Notes under the pieces: generated by a model
Told to the model about the DNA's origin: nothing
Seen by the model: only the letters and a program-made list of their open reading frames with translations
The model's database searches: none
Part shown: positions 18,613 through 31,100 of the stretch, piece by piece
How positions within the stretch are numbered: position 1 is the stretch's first letter
Layout of the letters: each line of letters opens with the position of its first letter
Translations under genes and position numbers: made by a program
Source: Actinomycetota bacterium
GTDB lineage: Bacteria; Actinomycetota; Acidimicrobiia; Acidimicrobiales; AC-35
Direction: 5' to 3'
NCBI GenBank assembly: GCA_005884125.1
Contig: VAXP01000141.1
Coordinates: forward strand, 1-36,968
DNA length: 36,968 nucleotides

Positions 18613-19998
18613 TCAGGGGCGCAGGCCCAGGTCGTCCACGGCCTGAGCCAAAGACGCCACCCTGAGCACCTGGATGGTGCCCGGTCGCGGCGGCGCCGAC
18701 GCCGGCACCAGGGCCTCGCGAAAGCCCAGGCGGGATGCCTCGGCCAGACGGGCATCGAGCCTGGGCACCTGGCGGACCTCGCCGCTCAGGCCCACCTCGC
18801 CGCAGGCCACCACCGTCGCCGGCACGGCAACGCCCGACAGGGCCGAGGCCAGGGCCAGCCCCAGGGCCAGGTCGGCCGCGGGCTCGACCACGCGGACGCC
18901 ACCGACCACGGACGCGTAGACGTCGTCGCCGCCGAAGCGAAGCCCGACGCGGCGCTGGAGCACGGCGACGAGCAGGTCGAGGCGGCCGGTGTCGAGTCCC
19001 TGGGCCGAGCGGCGGGCCGTGTTCACCTTGTTCGGCGCGACCAGAGCCTGGAGCTCGACCAGCAGTGGCCTGTGGCCCTCCATGGCGGGGACCACCACGC
19101 TGCCCGGCACCGCGCCCCGCCGGTCGCCCAGGAACAGGCCGCTGGGATCGGGCACGCCCACCAGGCCCGCCTCCGTCATCTCGAACAGCCCCAGATCGCC
19201 CGTGGGCCCGAAGCGGTGCTTGACGGCGCGCAGCATGCGCAGGGCGTGGTGTCGCTCACCCTCGAAGGTCAGCACCGTGTCGACCAGATGCTCGAGGACG
19301 CGAGGCCCGGCGATCGCCCCTTCCTTGTTGACGTGGCCCACGAGCACGGTGGTGAGTCCACGGTCCTTGGCCATGGCCGCCAGCTGGCGGGCGCACTCCC
19401 TCACCTGGGCCACGGTGCCGGGCGCCGAACCCAGCGCGGGCTCGGCGATGGTCTGTATGGAGTCCACCACGACGACGTCGGGCTCCAGCTCGCCGACCGC
19501 GCCGACGATGGCGGGCAGCGACCCGGCCGGGAACAGCCACAGATCGGGCTCGAGGGCGCCGAGGCGCTCGGCCCGCAGCCTCACCTGCTGGGAGGACTCC
19601 TCGGCCGAGACGAGCAGGCAGCGCGCCCCCGAGCGGGCCAGCGCCCCCAGCATCTGCACCACCAAGGTGGACTTGCCGATGCCGGGCTCCCCGGCGACCA
19701 GGGTGACCGAGCCGGGGACGAGGCCGCCGGCGAGCACCCGGTCCAGCTCGTCCAGCCCCGTCGGCCTGCTCCGCCCGGCCACGCGCTCGACGCACGAGAC
19801 GGGCTGGGGGCCAGGCCGGGCTCCGGCACCAAGGCCACCACCGAGCCCCGTACCGGGTGCCGGCACGGGGACGAGGGGCGGCTCACGGAGCTCCTCGACC
19901 AGGGCGTTCCACGCGCTGCACGTCGGGCAACGGCCCGACCAGCGGGGCGCCTCGGCGCCGCACTCGGCGCAGCGATGGACGGTCCTGGCCCGCGTCAT
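18613..19998 (-). CDS. radA: DNA repair protein RadA/Sms
   Basis: C4 zinc finger, GEPGIGKST, VVDSIQT, AGPRVLEHLVD and KHRFG. ATG 19998 lies 7 nt after a TACGGT -10. Confidence 0.96.
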   Translation of the reverse strand: MTRARTVHRCAECGAEAPRWSGRCPTCSAWNALVEELREPPLVPVPAPGTGLGGGLGAGARPGPQPVSCVERVAGRSRPTGLDELDRVLAGGLVPGSVTLVAGEPGIGKSTLVVQMLGALARSGARCLLVSAEESSQQVRLRAERLGALEPDLWLFPAGSLPAIVGAVGELEPDVVVVDSIQTIAEPALGSAPGTVAQVRECARQLAAMAKDRGLTTVLVGHVNKEGAIAGPRVLEHLVDTVLTFEGERHHALRMLRAVKHRFGPTGDLGLFEMTEAGLVGVPDPSGLFLGDRRGAVPGSVVVPAMEGHRPLLVELQALVAPNKVNTARRSAQGLDTGRLDLLVAVLQRRVGLRFGGDDVYASVVGGVRVVEPAADLALGLALASALSGVAVPATVVACGEVGLSGEVRQVPRLDARLAEASRLGFREALVPASAPPRPGTIQVLRVASLAQAVDDLGLRP

Positions 19999-20040
19999 GC
20001 GACGCACCGTACGCAGGCCCTGTGACGCTCACCCAGCGCG

Positions 20041-20798
20041 TCAGTGGACGTGGAGCCGGGCGTGGCCGCGGGCCCGCACCCGCCGCGTCACGACCACGGC
20101 GGCCGCCAGGAGGAGCACCAGGGCGGCACCGCCGACCATCTCGATGCGCACCCACCGGTACTGGTGGGCCGAGGCCTGCATCGCCTCCGCCGTCCCCAGG
20201 GGGATGCGCCACTCCGTCCCGCCCCGAGGGGCGTTGGAGTGGACCGAGCCCGAGCCGGCCATGTGCAGGCTCACCCGCACGTCGACGACCTTGGCCAGCG
20301 CGATCCCGAGCTGGCGCTCGAGCTCGGCGGGGTCGACGCCGATCGAGCTCCCACCCAGGCGCTGGCGCAGCTGGGCGTCACCGAAGGCCTCGACGCCTGG
20401 GCCCAGGTCGGCCGTGCCCGAGAAGTGGGTGGCGGTGACGAACAAGCCCCGGTGCTGGACGAGACGGAAGTCCCGCAGCGGCCCCGCGGGGCCGGCCAGC
20501 TCGGCCAACAGGGCCGGCACCCGGGCGGGCGAGGGGAAGGCCTTGGACGCCCGCACCAGGACGCTGCCGTCAGCCCGCCTCGCCGGACCGGTGACCACCC
20601 AGCCGGCCCGGGCCAGGTCGGCGACCCGGAGCTGGGAGGCGAGGTCGGGAACCTGGTCGGCCGCGTCCCGGTCGAGGGTGACGGTGGCCTGCACGCTCCC
20701 GCTGCCGTCGGCCCGGCTCTGCAGGCCCACGGCCACGGTGACGTGGCACCCGGCCAGCAGGAGAGGGGCGAGGAGGGCAAGCGCGAGCGCCGGCGCAC
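20041..20798 (-). CDS. Putative lipoprotein with a C-terminal TM anchor (LppM/DUF3153-like); apparent 1-nt frameshift near the start
   Basis: LALALLAPLLLAG-C lipobox, DGSGSVQATVTLD and a C-terminal TM with an Arg tail. There is no in-frame start codon downstream of the clpC stop. Confidence 0.6.
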
Positions 20799-20870
20799 GC
20801 CGGGGGCCGCCGCCCGGGCGGCGGGCCGCGACAAGACCGCCACCAACTGCCCGGTTGCCCTCCTGCGGAG

Positions 20871-23314
<2,444 letters not shown>

Positions 23315-23430
23315 GTGGTCCGCCTCCCGAAACGGCGTTCCTTGATGGCGTCAGTCTACCCGGGGACGGTGGTTCTAAGGCATGTCACCGTGCCCGGTAC
23401 CTCTTGGTTGGGCCCCTTTGCGTTATGGGT

Positions 23431-23459
23431 TGATCGGCTGGGACGCGTATGTTCCTGAG
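23431..23459 (-). promoter_or_regulatory. Sigma28-like promoter upstream of clpC
   Basis: TCAG-N16-GCCGATCA, about 115 nt upstream of the clpC TTG. Confidence 0.45.
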
Positions 23460-23462
23460 ACA

Positions 23463-24479
23463 GTGGACAACGCCGGCCGGCTCCTCGGTCTTCCCCGCCT
23501 GGACGACGATCTGGCCCGGTTGGAGGTCACGCTACGCAGGGCGGTCAGCTCCGAGGACCCCTTTCTGGCCGAGGTGGCCACCCATCTCATCGCCGCCGGG
23601 GGCAAGAGGCTACGCCCCACCCTAACCATTGCCTCTGCGGCCGCGGCCCGGGGGGTGGCCGCCGGCCAGGCCGAGCAGGCCTACCGGGGCGACCAGGACA
23701 TTCTGGACGGGGGGGTGGCGGTGGAGCTCGTCCACCTGGGCTCGCTCTACCACGACGACGTCATCGACGACGCCGCCACCAGACGGGGGGTGGAGACCGT
23801 CAACGCCCGCTGGGGAAATCTGGTGGCCATCGTGGCCGGCGACTTCCTCCTGGCCCGGGCCTCGGAGATCTCGGCCCGGCTGGGCGCCGAGGTGGCCGCC
23901 CTCATGGCCGCCACCATCGGCCGCCTGTGCGAGGGCCAGGTCCTGGAGCTGAAGGCGGCCTACGACACCACCAGGGCCGAGGACGCCTATTTGGCCTCGA
24001 TCGCCGGGAAAACCGCGGCCCTCATGGCCACCTCCTGCCGCATCGGCGCCATGGTGGCCGGCCTCCCCCCCCTGCAGGTGGAGGCCCTGACCGGCTTCGG
24101 CCAGGCATTTGGCATGGTCTTCCAGATCAGGGACGACGTGCTCGACGTGGTGGCCACCGACGCCGAGCTAGGCAAGCCCGCGGGCCAGGACCTGGTGGAG
24201 GGGATCTACACCCTGCCCGTCATCCGGGCCCTGGCCGACCCCGGCGTGGGCGACCCCCTGCGCGACCTCCTCGGCCGTCACCTGGGTCCCGACGAGCGGG
24301 ACCGGGCCCGGGACCTGGTGCGCACCACCGGGGCGGTGGCGGCCGCGCTGGGTGAGGCCCGCCGCTTCGCAGACCAGGCCGCGGCCTCCCTGGAGCCTCT
24401 GGACCCCTCCCCGGTGGTCGAGGGCATGGCCGCCCTGGCCCACCAGCTCCTGGACCCCCTGACCGCCCGGGTGGCCTAG
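23463..24479 (+). CDS. Polyprenyl (trans-isoprenyl) diphosphate synthase
   Basis: GGKRLRP, FARM HDDVIDD..RRG, GKTA and SARM FQIRDDVLD. GTG 23463 follows a TATGTT -10, but the start is uncertain. Confidence 0.92.
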   Translation: MDNAGRLLGLPRLDDDLARLEVTLRRAVSSEDPFLAEVATHLIAAGGKRLRPTLTIASAAAARGVAAGQAEQAYRGDQDILDGGVAVELVHLGSLYHDDVIDDAATRRGVETVNARWGNLVAIVAGDFLLARASEISARLGAEVAALMAATIGRLCEGQVLELKAAYDTTRAEDAYLASIAGKTAALMATSCRIGAMVAGLPPLQVEALTGFGQAFGMVFQIRDDVLDVVATDAELGKPAGQDLVEGIYTLPVIRALADPGVGDPLRDLLGRHLGPDERDRARDLVRTTGAVAAALGEARRFADQAAASLEPLDPSPVVEGMAALAHQLLDPLTARVA

Positions 24480-25939
24480 GCCCCCTCGGCGTCCCCCTGG
24501 GCCGGGGCCGGCCCCTGGGCCTGGTCGCCCTGCTCGGGCCGGAGGGTGGGGAACAGGATCACGTCGCGGATGTGGTGCACGTCGGCCAGGAGCATGACCA
24601 GACGGTCGATGCCGATGCCCAGTCCCCCGGTGGGGGGCATGCCGTGCTCCAGGGCCCGCAGGAAGTCCTCGTCCACGGCCATGGCCTCCTCGTCGCCCGC
24701 CGACCGAGCCCGGGCCTGGGCCTCCAGGACCTGGCGCTGGATCTCGGGGTCGGTGAGCTCGCTGAAGGCGTTGCCCAGCTCCAGGCCGGCCGCTATGGGC
24801 TCGAAGCGCTCGACCAACCCCGGCTTGCTGCGGTGGGGCCGGGCCAGGGGCGAGACCTCCTGGGGGTAGTCGCACACGAACACCGGCCCCCACAGCTCCC
24901 GCTCGGTGGTCTTCTCGTAGATCTCGAGGACGATCTTGCCCGGGCCCCAGCCCTTCTCCACCGGCACCTCCAGCCCGGCGGCGACGCCGGCCAGCTCCTC
25001 CACCGGCATCTGCACGTCGACCCCGACCCCGGCGTGCTCCCCGATGAGGTCGTACATCGTGGCCCGGGGCCAGGGCGGGGTGAGGTCGAGGGGGCGGCCC
25101 CGGTAGACGAGCTTGGCCGAGCCGCACAGCTCCACGGCCAGGTCCGAGACCATGGACTCGGTGAGCTCCATCATGTCGGTGTAGTCCGCGTAGGCCTGGT
25201 AGGCCTCGAGCATGGTGAACTCGGGGTTCCACCGGTAGCCGATCCCTTCGTTGCGGAAGGTGCGGCCGATCTCGAAGACCTTCTCGAAGCCGCCCACGAC
25301 CAGGCGCTTCAGGTAGAGCTCGGTGGCGATGCGCAGATAGAGGTCGAGGTCCAGGGCGTTGTGGTGGGTCACGAAGGGCCGGGCCGTGGCGCCGCCGGGG
25401 ATGGGGTGGAACACGGGCGTCTCCACCTCGACGAAGCCGCGGTCCTCCAGCCACCTGCGCATGGCGCTCACCAGCCTGCTGCGCAGGAGGAACACCCGTC
25501 TGGTCCCGGGGTTGGCCCACAGGTCGACGTAGCGCTGGCGGGAGCGGGTGTCGATGTCGGTGACCCCCCGCCACTTGTCGCCGAAGCCCCGCCTGGCCTC
25601 GGCCAGCAGGGCCCAGGAGCGCACCTTGACGCTCAGCTCCCCCTTGCGGGTCTTGACCACCTCGCCCCCGGCCCCGACCCAGTCGCCCAGCGAGAGGCGG
25701 GAGAAGCGCTCGAAGTCCTCCGTCCACCCCGCCCCGGCGAAGAGCTGGATGGAGCCGCTGGAGTCGCGCAGCTCGGCGAAGGCGAGCTTGCCCTGGGGCC
25801 GGTTCAGCATGAGGCGCCCGGCCACGCTGACCTCGACCCCGCTCTCCTCGCCCTGGGCGATGGAGCCGAACTGGTCCCGCACCGAGGCCGCGTCGTGGGT
25901 GCGCTCGAAGCTGTAGGGGACGGGGCCGGGATCGGTCAC
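24476..25939 (-). CDS. lysS: Lysine--tRNA ligase (class II)
   Basis: VAGRLM, RQRYVDL, GGATARPFVTHHN, FRNEGI..NPEFTMLE and GMPPTGGLGIGIDRL. Confidence 0.97.
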   Translation of the reverse strand: MTDPGPVPYSFERTHDAASVRDQFGSIAQGEESGVEVSVAGRLMLNRPQGKLAFAELRDSSGSIQLFAGAGWTEDFERFSRLSLGDWVGAGGEVVKTRKGELSVKVRSWALLAEARRGFGDKWRGVTDIDTRSRQRYVDLWANPGTRRVFLLRSRLVSAMRRWLEDRGFVEVETPVFHPIPGGATARPFVTHHNALDLDLYLRIATELYLKRLVVGGFEKVFEIGRTFRNEGIGYRWNPEFTMLEAYQAYADYTDMMELTESMVSDLAVELCGSAKLVYRGRPLDLTPPWPRATMYDLIGEHAGVGVDVQMPVEELAGVAAGLEVPVEKGWGPGKIVLEIYEKTTERELWGPVFVCDYPQEVSPLARPHRSKPGLVERFEPIAAGLELGNAFSELTDPEIQRQVLEAQARARSAGDEEAMAVDEDFLRALEHGMPPTGGLGIGIDRLVMLLADVHHIRDVILFPTLRPEQGDQAQGPAPAQGDAEGA

Positions 25940-26730
25940 CGGGGCTGGACGTTGCGCTCGTAGATAAGGCGCAGGCCATGGAGAGTGAGCCAGGGCTCCT
26001 CGTGGTCGATGGTCTCCGACACCGGGGCGATGAGGGCGCCGAAGCCGCCCGTGGCCACCACGGGGCAGTCGCCCAGCTCGGCCTGGAAGCGCCGGCACAG
26101 CCCGTCGACCTGGGCCGCGAAGCCGTACACGACACCAGACTGCACCGACTCGGTGGTGCTGGTGCCGATCACGTTGCCGGGCTCGACCAGCTCCACGCCG
26201 AAGAGCCGGGCGGCCCGCTCGAAGAGGGCGGCCATGCTGATCTCTATGCCGGGCATGATGGCCCCGCCCAGGTACTCGCCCCGCCCCGAGGTGGCGTCGA
26301 CGGTGGTGGCGGTGCCGAAGTCCACGACGATGCAGGGCCCGCCGTAGAGGTCGAAGGCGGCCAGCGCGTTGGCGATGCGGTCGGCCCCCACCTCCTTGGG
26401 GTTGTCGTACAGGATGGGCATGCCCGTGCGTATCCCCGGCTCCACGACCACGGTGGGCACGCGGAACCACTGCTCGGCCATCTCCCTCATCACCGCCGTG
26501 AGGCGGGGCACGGTGGAGGAGATGGAGATGCCGGTGACCACCTCGGTGGGTTCGTAGCCCTGCAGGTCCAGGAGCTGGGACACGAGCACGGCGTGCTCGT
26601 CCGATGTCCTCTCCACGTTGGTGGCGATGCGCCAGTGGTGGAGGAGCTCGCCCGTGTGACCTCCGGACCCGCCGTCGGCGTACAGGCCGATCACCGTCTG
26701 GGTGTTGCCCACGTCGACGACCAGGAGCAC
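25936..26730 (-). CDS. coaX: Type III pantothenate kinase
   Basis: DVGNTQT, EVGADRIAN, VDFGTATT, GGAIMPG and ATGG. Confidence 0.95.
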   Translation of the reverse strand: MLLVVDVGNTQTVIGLYADGGSGGHTGELLHHWRIATNVERTSDEHAVLVSQLLDLQGYEPTEVVTGISISSTVPRLTAVMREMAEQWFRVPTVVVEPGIRTGMPILYDNPKEVGADRIANALAAFDLYGGPCIVVDFGTATTVDATSGRGEYLGGAIMPGIEISMAALFERAARLFGVELVEPGNVIGTSTTESVQSGVVYGFAAQVDGLCRRFQAELGDCPVVATGGFGALIAPVSETIDHEEPWLTLHGLRLIYERNVQPR

Positions 26731-26734
26731 GGGA

Positions 26735-27643
26735 TCAGCCCTCGGGGTCGAGGTCGAGGCCGAGGTCGAGGGCGGGGGCGGAGTGGGTGAGGGCGCCCAC
26801 GGACACGAAGTCGGGGCGGGCCGCGGCGTAGGCGGGCGCCGTGTCCAGGCTCACCCCGCCGGACACCTCCACCGCGACCGGGCGCCGTCCCGGTCCCCGG
26901 CCCCCGGGGTCGGCCAGGGCCACGCAGGCGGCGACCTCCTCCGGGGTCATGTTGTCGAGCAGGACCATGGTCGCCCCGGCCCGCACCGCCTCTTCGACCT
27001 GCTCCCGGCGGTCGCACTCGACCTCCACCATCCGCCCCGGCCACCGGGCCCGGGCCAGGGCGACGGCCTGGGCGATGCCCATGCCGGCCAGGTGGTTGTC
27101 CTTCACCAGGACACCCTCCGAGAGGCTGCCCCGGTGGTTCGTCCCCCCGCCGGCCCGCACGGCCGCCTTCTCCAGGGCCCGCAGCCCGGGCGTGGTCTTG
27201 CGCGTGTCCAGCACGCGCGTCGCCCCGGCGCCGGGCCCGTCCCCGCCTTCGGCGCAGCCTCCCACCGCGGCCACGTAGCGCCCGGTGAGGGTGGCCACCC
27301 CCGACAGGTGGCAGAGGAAGTTCAGCGCCGTGCGCTCGGCGCTGAGGATGCTGCGCAGCGGTCCGCCCACCTCGACCACGACGGAGCCGGGCCCGACCGG
27401 AGCGCCGTCGTCGAGATCCCACTGGAGACGCACGGTGGGGTCGACCTGGTGGAAGGCCTCGGCCGCGGCCATGCGCCCGGCCAGCACGCCCGAGGCCCGG
27501 GAGACGATGGCCCCCCGGGCCACCGTGTGCGGGGGCAGGAGGCCGGCGGTGAGGTCGCCCAGGGGCAGCAGGTCCTCGGCCAGGGCCCGGGCCACGGCCT
27601 CGCGCACCGCGGCCCGCGGAGGGTGGACGTCCGGCCTCGACAC
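26735..27643 (-). CDS. nadC: Nicotinate-nucleotide diphosphorylase (carboxylating)
   Basis: ERTALNFL, DTRKTTPGLR, NHR, VKDNH, EVEC, LLDNM and SVGALTHS. Confidence 0.95.
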   Translation of the reverse strand: MSRPDVHPPRAAVREAVARALAEDLLPLGDLTAGLLPPHTVARGAIVSRASGVLAGRMAAAEAFHQVDPTVRLQWDLDDGAPVGPGSVVVEVGGPLRSILSAERTALNFLCHLSGVATLTGRYVAAVGGCAEGGDGPGAGATRVLDTRKTTPGLRALEKAAVRAGGGTNHRGSLSEGVLVKDNHLAGMGIAQAVALARARWPGRMVEVECDRREQVEEAVRAGATMVLLDNMTPEEVAACVALADPGGRGPGRRPVAVEVSGGVSLDTAPAYAAARPDFVSVGALTHSAPALDLGLDLDPEG

Positions 27644-27647
27644 GCCG

Positions 27648-29215
27648 CTATGCCAGCACAAGCCGGCACCGCCACGCCGGGCTCGTCTCCGGGAAGTCGG
27701 TGCGGCTGTGGGCGCCACGGCTCTCCTGGCGGGCCTCGGCCGCGGCCAGCAGCGCGCCGGCGGCGGTGAGGAGGTTGGTCAGCTCCCAGCCCTGGGGCCC
27801 CTCCTCCGGGGTCGCCAGCTCGTCCAACACCTTGTCCGTCTCGGCCAGCGACGCCGCGCTGCGCAGCACGCCCGCCCCTGCGGTCATGGCCCGCTGCAGG
27901 CGATCCCGGCGCTCGGCGGTGGTGGCCGCGCTGTGCGGGGCGGGGGCCGCGGCCTCTCCCCCCGCCCTCGCCAGAAGGGGCGGCGGGCGGCGGTGGATGC
28001 GGCGGACGGGGACGCTGCCCTCCGCCGGGCTCTCGGCCGCGAGCACGGCCCGCAGTGCCCCCGCGGGCGCGGGCCCCTCCTTACCGCCCACGATGGCCTC
28101 CACCACCCGGGGGGCGAACGCCATGCCCTCCAGCAGCGAGTTGGACGCCAGGCGGTTGGCCCCGTGCACGCCCGTGCACGCGACCTCGCCGCAGGCCCAC
28201 AGCCCGGGCAGGGCCGACGCCCCGTCCAGGTCGGTCACGATCCCTCCCGAGAGGTAGTGGGCCGCGGGAGCGATGGGGAGCCAGTCCCGGGCCGGGTCGA
28301 GGCCGACGGCGCGCACCGAGGCGGCGATGGTCGGGAAGCGGTCGTCGAAGGCGTCGAGGGCGGTGGCGTCCAGCCACAGGTGCTCCACCTCCTGCTCGAG
28401 CATGCGGGCCGTCATGGCCCGGCTGACGACGTCACGGGACAGGAGCTCGTCGACGAAGCGCTCACCCCGGCCGTCGCGCAGGAGGGCGCCGTGGCCCCGC
28501 AGCGCCTCCGACAGCAGGGGGCGGGGCATGGCCGGGTGGTGCAGGGCCGTGGGGTGGAACTGCATGAACTCCACGTCGGCCACGGGGACGCCGGCCCGCA
28601 GGGCCATGGCCAGCCCGTCGCCGGTGGCCTGGGGCGGGTTGGTCGTGACCGCGAAGAGCTGGCCCGCGCCCCCGGTGGCCATCAACACATGGGGGCAGCG
28701 GATGTCGTCCCGGCTTCGACCAGGAGGTCGAGGGCGAACCATCCCTCCATCACCGCGGCCGCCGTCTGGCGCACGGCCTCGACAAGGGCCCGCTCGATCT
28801 CCGCACCCGTGGCCGCGCCCCCGGCGTGGACGACGCGGGCCCGGGAGTGCCCCCCCTCCCGGGCCAGAAGGAGACCGCCCTGGGCGTCCCGATCGAACAC
28901 CGCGCCCATGGCGATGAGCTCGTTCACCCGGCCCGGCCCCTCGGCCACCAGGACGCGCACGGCGTCGACGTCGCACAGCCCGGCCCCGACGGCCAGGGTG
29001 TCGGCCAGGTGGAGGTCGGTCGAGTCCTCGTCCCCGCCCAGGGCCGCGGCCACCCCGCCCTGGGCCCAGCGGGTGGCCGACTGGCTGAGCTCGGCCTTGG
29101 TGAGCACGCCGACGCGCATGCCGGGGTCGCCCGCGGCCCGGATGGCGGCCGAGAGCCCGGCCACCCCGCTGCCCAGGACCAGCAGGTCCAGGGCCGGAGG
29201 GCCCGGGGACGTCAT
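27648..29215 (-). pseudogene. nadB: L-aspartate oxidase, frameshifted near 28710 (possibly an assembly artefact)
   Basis: The N-part has LGSGVAGL, WAQGGVAA and REGGHS. The C-part, in another frame, has ATGGAGQL, EFMQFHPT, SEALRG, AAHY, HGANRLASNSLLEG and ESRGAH. Confidence 0.92.
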
Positions 29216-29218
29216 GAG

Positions 29219-29599
29219 CTATGCCGTCAGCCGGGCGTCAGCCGCCAGCTCCGCCTGGTCCAGGGCCCGGTTGCGGGCGTCGACCTGGACGATGCGGGGT
29301 CCGTAGGAGGCCAGGTCGGCCTCCTCGTAGTCGGCGTAGGTGATGACGATGACCTTGTCGCCCGGCTGCACGAGGCGGGCGGCCGCCCCGTTGAGGCAGA
29401 CCTCGCCCGGACCCCCGGCGATGGCGTAGGTCTCGAAGCGGGCGCCGTTGTCGATGTCGAGCACGGCGACCTGCTCCCACTCGCGGATGTCGGCCAGCTC
29501 CATCAGCCCGGAGTCGAGGGTGATCGAACCCACGTAGTTGAGGTTGGCGTCGGTGACCGTCGCCCGATGGATCTTGGACTTGAGCATGCGCCGGCGCAT
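29219..29599 (-). CDS. panD: Aspartate 1-decarboxylase
   Basis: [18 protein letters not shown] self-cleavage site, NGARFETY and CLNGAAAR. Confidence 0.96.
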   Translation of the reverse strand: MRRRMLKSKIHRATVTDANLNYVGSITLDSGLMELADIREWEQVAVLDIDNGARFETYAIAGGPGEVCLNGAAARLVQPGDKVIVITYADYEEADLASYGPRIVQVDARNRALDQAELAADARLTA

Positions 29600-29624
29600 G
29601 AGCGTCTCCCTGTGGCCTGGTGTC

Positions 29625-30509
29625 TCAGCCGTGGTCGCGGGCGCCGTCTCGAGCCGGTCGGGCCGGAGCGCGAGCACCCAGGTTGTCGATGAGGCGGGTG
29701 GCGCCGATGCGGGCCGCGACCAGGAGGCGCACCTCGCCCTGCACGGTCGCGGGCACCTGGAGGTCGACGGGGTCGACCGCGGCCGCGTAGTCGAGCCGGG
29801 CCCGGGGCTCGGCCCGCACCTCGTCCTCCATGGAGGACACGACCACAGAGGGACCGGGCTCACCGGCCTCGACCGCCTCCCGCCCCGCCCGCAGGGCGCG
29901 GTAGAGCACGGGCGCGGCCGAGCGCTCCTCGGGCGAGAGGTGCACGTTGCGACTGGACAGGGCGAGGCCGTCCGCTTCACGCACCGTGGGGCAGCCGACG
30001 ACCTCGACGGGGAAGGACAGGTCCCTGGCCATGCGGCCGATGACGACGAGCTGCTGGTAGTCCTTCTCGCCGAAGTAGGCCCGGCAGGCACCGGCCAGGG
30101 CGAAGAGCTTGGCCACGACCGTGGCCACCCCCGAGAAGTGGCCGGGGCGGCTGTCGCCCTCCAGTCCCCTGCTCACCCCTTCGACCCGCACCGTCGTCAG
30201 CGTGGGGCCCGGGTACATCTCCTCGGTGGACGGGGCGAAGAGGTAGCGCACGCCGCTGGCGGAGGCCACGGCGATGTCGTGGTCCAGGTCGCGCGGATAG
30301 GACGCCAGGTCCTCGCCCGGGCCGAACTGGAGGGGGTTGACGAACACGCTGGCCGCCACCACGTCACAGTCGGCCGCGGCCCGGCGCATGAGGGAGGCGT
30401 GACCCTCGTGGAGATAGCCCATGGTGGGGACCAGGCCCACCGTGCGCCCGGCGGCCCGGTCGGCCTCGAGCGCCTTGGTGAACCCGGCCACCGAGTCGAT
30501 CACCTGCAC
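29625..30509 (-). CDS. panC: Pantoate--beta-alanine ligase
   Basis: [39 protein letters not shown] and RLIDN. Confidence 0.96.
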   Translation of the reverse strand: MQVIDSVAGFTKALEADRAAGRTVGLVPTMGYLHEGHASLMRRAAADCDVVAASVFVNPLQFGPGEDLASYPRDLDHDIAVASASGVRYLFAPSTEEMYPGPTLTTVRVEGVSRGLEGDSRPGHFSGVATVVAKLFALAGACRAYFGEKDYQQLVVIGRMARDLSFPVEVVGCPTVREADGLALSSRNVHLSPEERSAAPVLYRALRAGREAVEAGEPGPSVVVSSMEDEVRAEPRARLDYAAAVDPVDLQVPATVQGEVRLLVAARIGATRLIDNLGARAPARPARDGARDHG

Positions 30510-30635
30510 GGGTGACGACCCCCCGCGCCGCCCGCGCCGGCGCGAGGCGACGCGGGCGTGGACGCAGGCAGACAGGATGCGGACACAGGCCTTCCTCGAC
30601 GTTCCGACCCCCGTGGCGGGGTGCCGTTCGTGCGC

Positions 30636-31100
30636 CTACAGGGTACCCACCCTGCGCACGCGCCCCGCAACCCGGTGCTCCCAACCCTCGAGCACGAGCT
30701 CGGGGGCGAGGTCGGCCAGGGGCTGGACCACGAAGCGCCGCTGCCACATGCGGGGATGGGGCACGACCAGGTCGGGCTCGTCCACGGCCAGGTCACCCAC
30801 CAGGAGAACGTCCACGTCCAGCGTGCGCGGCCCCCAGCGCTCGGCCCGCACCCGGGCCGCCCCGGCCTCCAGGGCCCGGGCTATGTCGAGCAGCTCCCGG
30901 GGGGAGCGCTCGGTCGAGAGCTCGACCACCGCGTTGAGATAGGGCGCCTGACCGGAAGGGCCTCCCACCGGCTCGGTCTCGTACACGGGGGAGACCGCGG
31001 TCACGCCGGGGAGGCCCGCCACCGCGGCCCGCAGCTGGGCCCAGCGGTCGCCGAGGTTCGAGCCCAGGGCCACGAAGGCCCGCCTGCGGGCCTCACCCAC
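30636..31100 (-). CDS. folK: 2-amino-4-hydroxy-6-hydroxymethyldihydropteridine diphosphokinase
   Basis: ALGSNLG, SPVYETEP, YLNAV, WGPRTLDVDVL and PHPRM. Confidence 0.96.
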   Translation of the reverse strand: MGEARRRAFVALGSNLGDRWAQLRAAVAGLPGVTAVSPVYETEPVGGPSGQAPYLNAVVELSTERSPRELLDIARALEAGAARVRAERWGPRTLDVDVLLVGDLAVDEPDLVVPHPRMWQRRFVVQPLADLAPELVLEGWEHRVAGRVRRVGTL

